In this document: positions 62,761 to 63,729 of the stretch, one piece after another | Layout of the letters: each line of letters begins with the position of its first letter | Numbering within the stretch: the stretch's first letter is position 1 | Source of the DNA: Octopus bimaculoides | Lineage: Eukaryota | NCBI RefSeq assembly: GCF_001194135.2 | Contig: NC_068985.1 | Coordinates: forward strand, 72,324,688 to 72,388,416 | Length of the DNA stretch: 63,729 nucleotides | Reading direction: 5' to 3' | Translations under genes and position numbers: made by a program | Notes under the pieces: model-generated | What the model was told of the DNA's origin: nothing | Seen by the model: only the letters and a program-made list of their open reading frames with translations | Databases searched by the model: none

Positions 62761-63309
62761 TTATATGGTTGATCAATTATTATAATTAGTTGTTTAATCA
62801 TTAAGAATTAACAAGCAAAAGCAATTTGCTCTCACTTCTTCTACTATAACCAAATTACTCTTTATTAATTTGTTAATTTATTCATAAGCAATGATTATTC
62901 ATATGTATGTAATGAATGGACATGGGATTACAAGACATACAGAATAACTGTCAAAAATATCAGAAAACTGATTGTTGAAATTTCATTGTTGATGCTCACT
63001 TTGTTTTTTCTTTGTTTTACTTTCTTTGGTTCTTATATACATACATTATTTGTGTATGTATTTGTATCTGTCAATATATATATACATATATATACAAACA
63101 TATACATACATACATATATATATATAGTTACTTTGTGTTATATTAAGAATCTGTGCATGATACCAGAATTATCAGTTCAAGTCAAATATAACATACCACT
63201 CCAAATTATTGTCAAAGTATCCGCATTAGTGGCTAGTTAGTACTGGCATCAAGTCATATAAGTTGTAATAATGAAGTCAAACTAAAATATCTTTGAACAC
63301 TTTGTATGT

Positions 63310-63383
63310 TTTAGCTGAGGAAGTTCTTATGTAATAGGTGCATTTCACATTATATATTATCCAGACCTGAAACATGTATTAAA
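63310..63383 (+). ncRNA. Candidate type I hammerhead ribozyme motif with long stem II loop
   Basis: TTTAG-CTGAGGA-AGTTCT-(35 nt)-AGACCT-GAAA-CATG-TA-TTAAA: 5-bp stem I (one G-U), core CUGAGGA, stem II 5/6 paired, palindromic stem III ACATGT. Confidence 0.5.
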
Positions 63384-63664
63384 TGATTTCAGAATATCAC
63401 TATTTGGTTTGACTGCAATATTGCATACAGTTTACTTTTCTGTTAGGGTAAGATCAACAAAAAAGCACTACATCCAGTGAGAGATAAATGTTATTTAATG
63501 TACACAGTATAAAGGTACCAGCTACTAATAGTAGTCTAGTCAAATTTTAATAACTTGCCAAATAACACAAGGTGTGTTATTAAAACTTGCCCAGACTACA
63601 TCTCCAATGCATGAAACTTTTAGTAATTTGCAACTGTATACAGTGTACATTAAATAATATCTAC

Positions 63665-63697
<33 letters not shown>

Positions 63698-63729
63698 GTG
63701 CCTATATATATATATATATATATATATAT

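Overview
AT-rich, microsatellite-laden eukaryotic genomic DNA with six assembly gaps. The repeat content looks like an octopus/cephalopod genome; this is recognition from memory, not a database result. The one host gene I can support is the 3' end of a Roundabout (Robo) axon-guidance receptor on the + strand. Five exons (9473-9664, 20781-20915, 36288-36473, 46786-47075, 53742-53756) splice in frame through canonical GT-AG sites into about 272 aa of cytoplasmic tail ending ...HTEPEV*. Two blocks match vertebrate ROBO1 as I recall it (SSSDGSF-T-AD-A-AV and RPTSP-STDSN-SA-V). Two further candidate exons lie at 1178-1262 and 18575-18634. The introns hold several SINE families, a DD36E Tc1-like transposon, mariner/pogo/hAT/piggyBac-type MITEs, remnants of RTE, CR1-type and REL-endonuclease non-LTR elements, two Penelope-like elements, and minimal hammerhead-ribozyme motifs. 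The most interesting signals are: (i) the frame-neutral poly-His exon, which starts with a reconstitutable 5' splice site (AG|GTAATA) and is bracketed by inverted repeats; (ii) a hidden in-frame 60-nt cassette exon; (iii) palindromic-stem-III hammerheads, one locked by an inverted repeat; (iv) a SINE/LINE shared tail. Most ORFs in the supplied track are microsatellite or N-gap artefacts. There are no prokaryotic features, CRISPR arrays, rRNA genes or intact tRNA genes.
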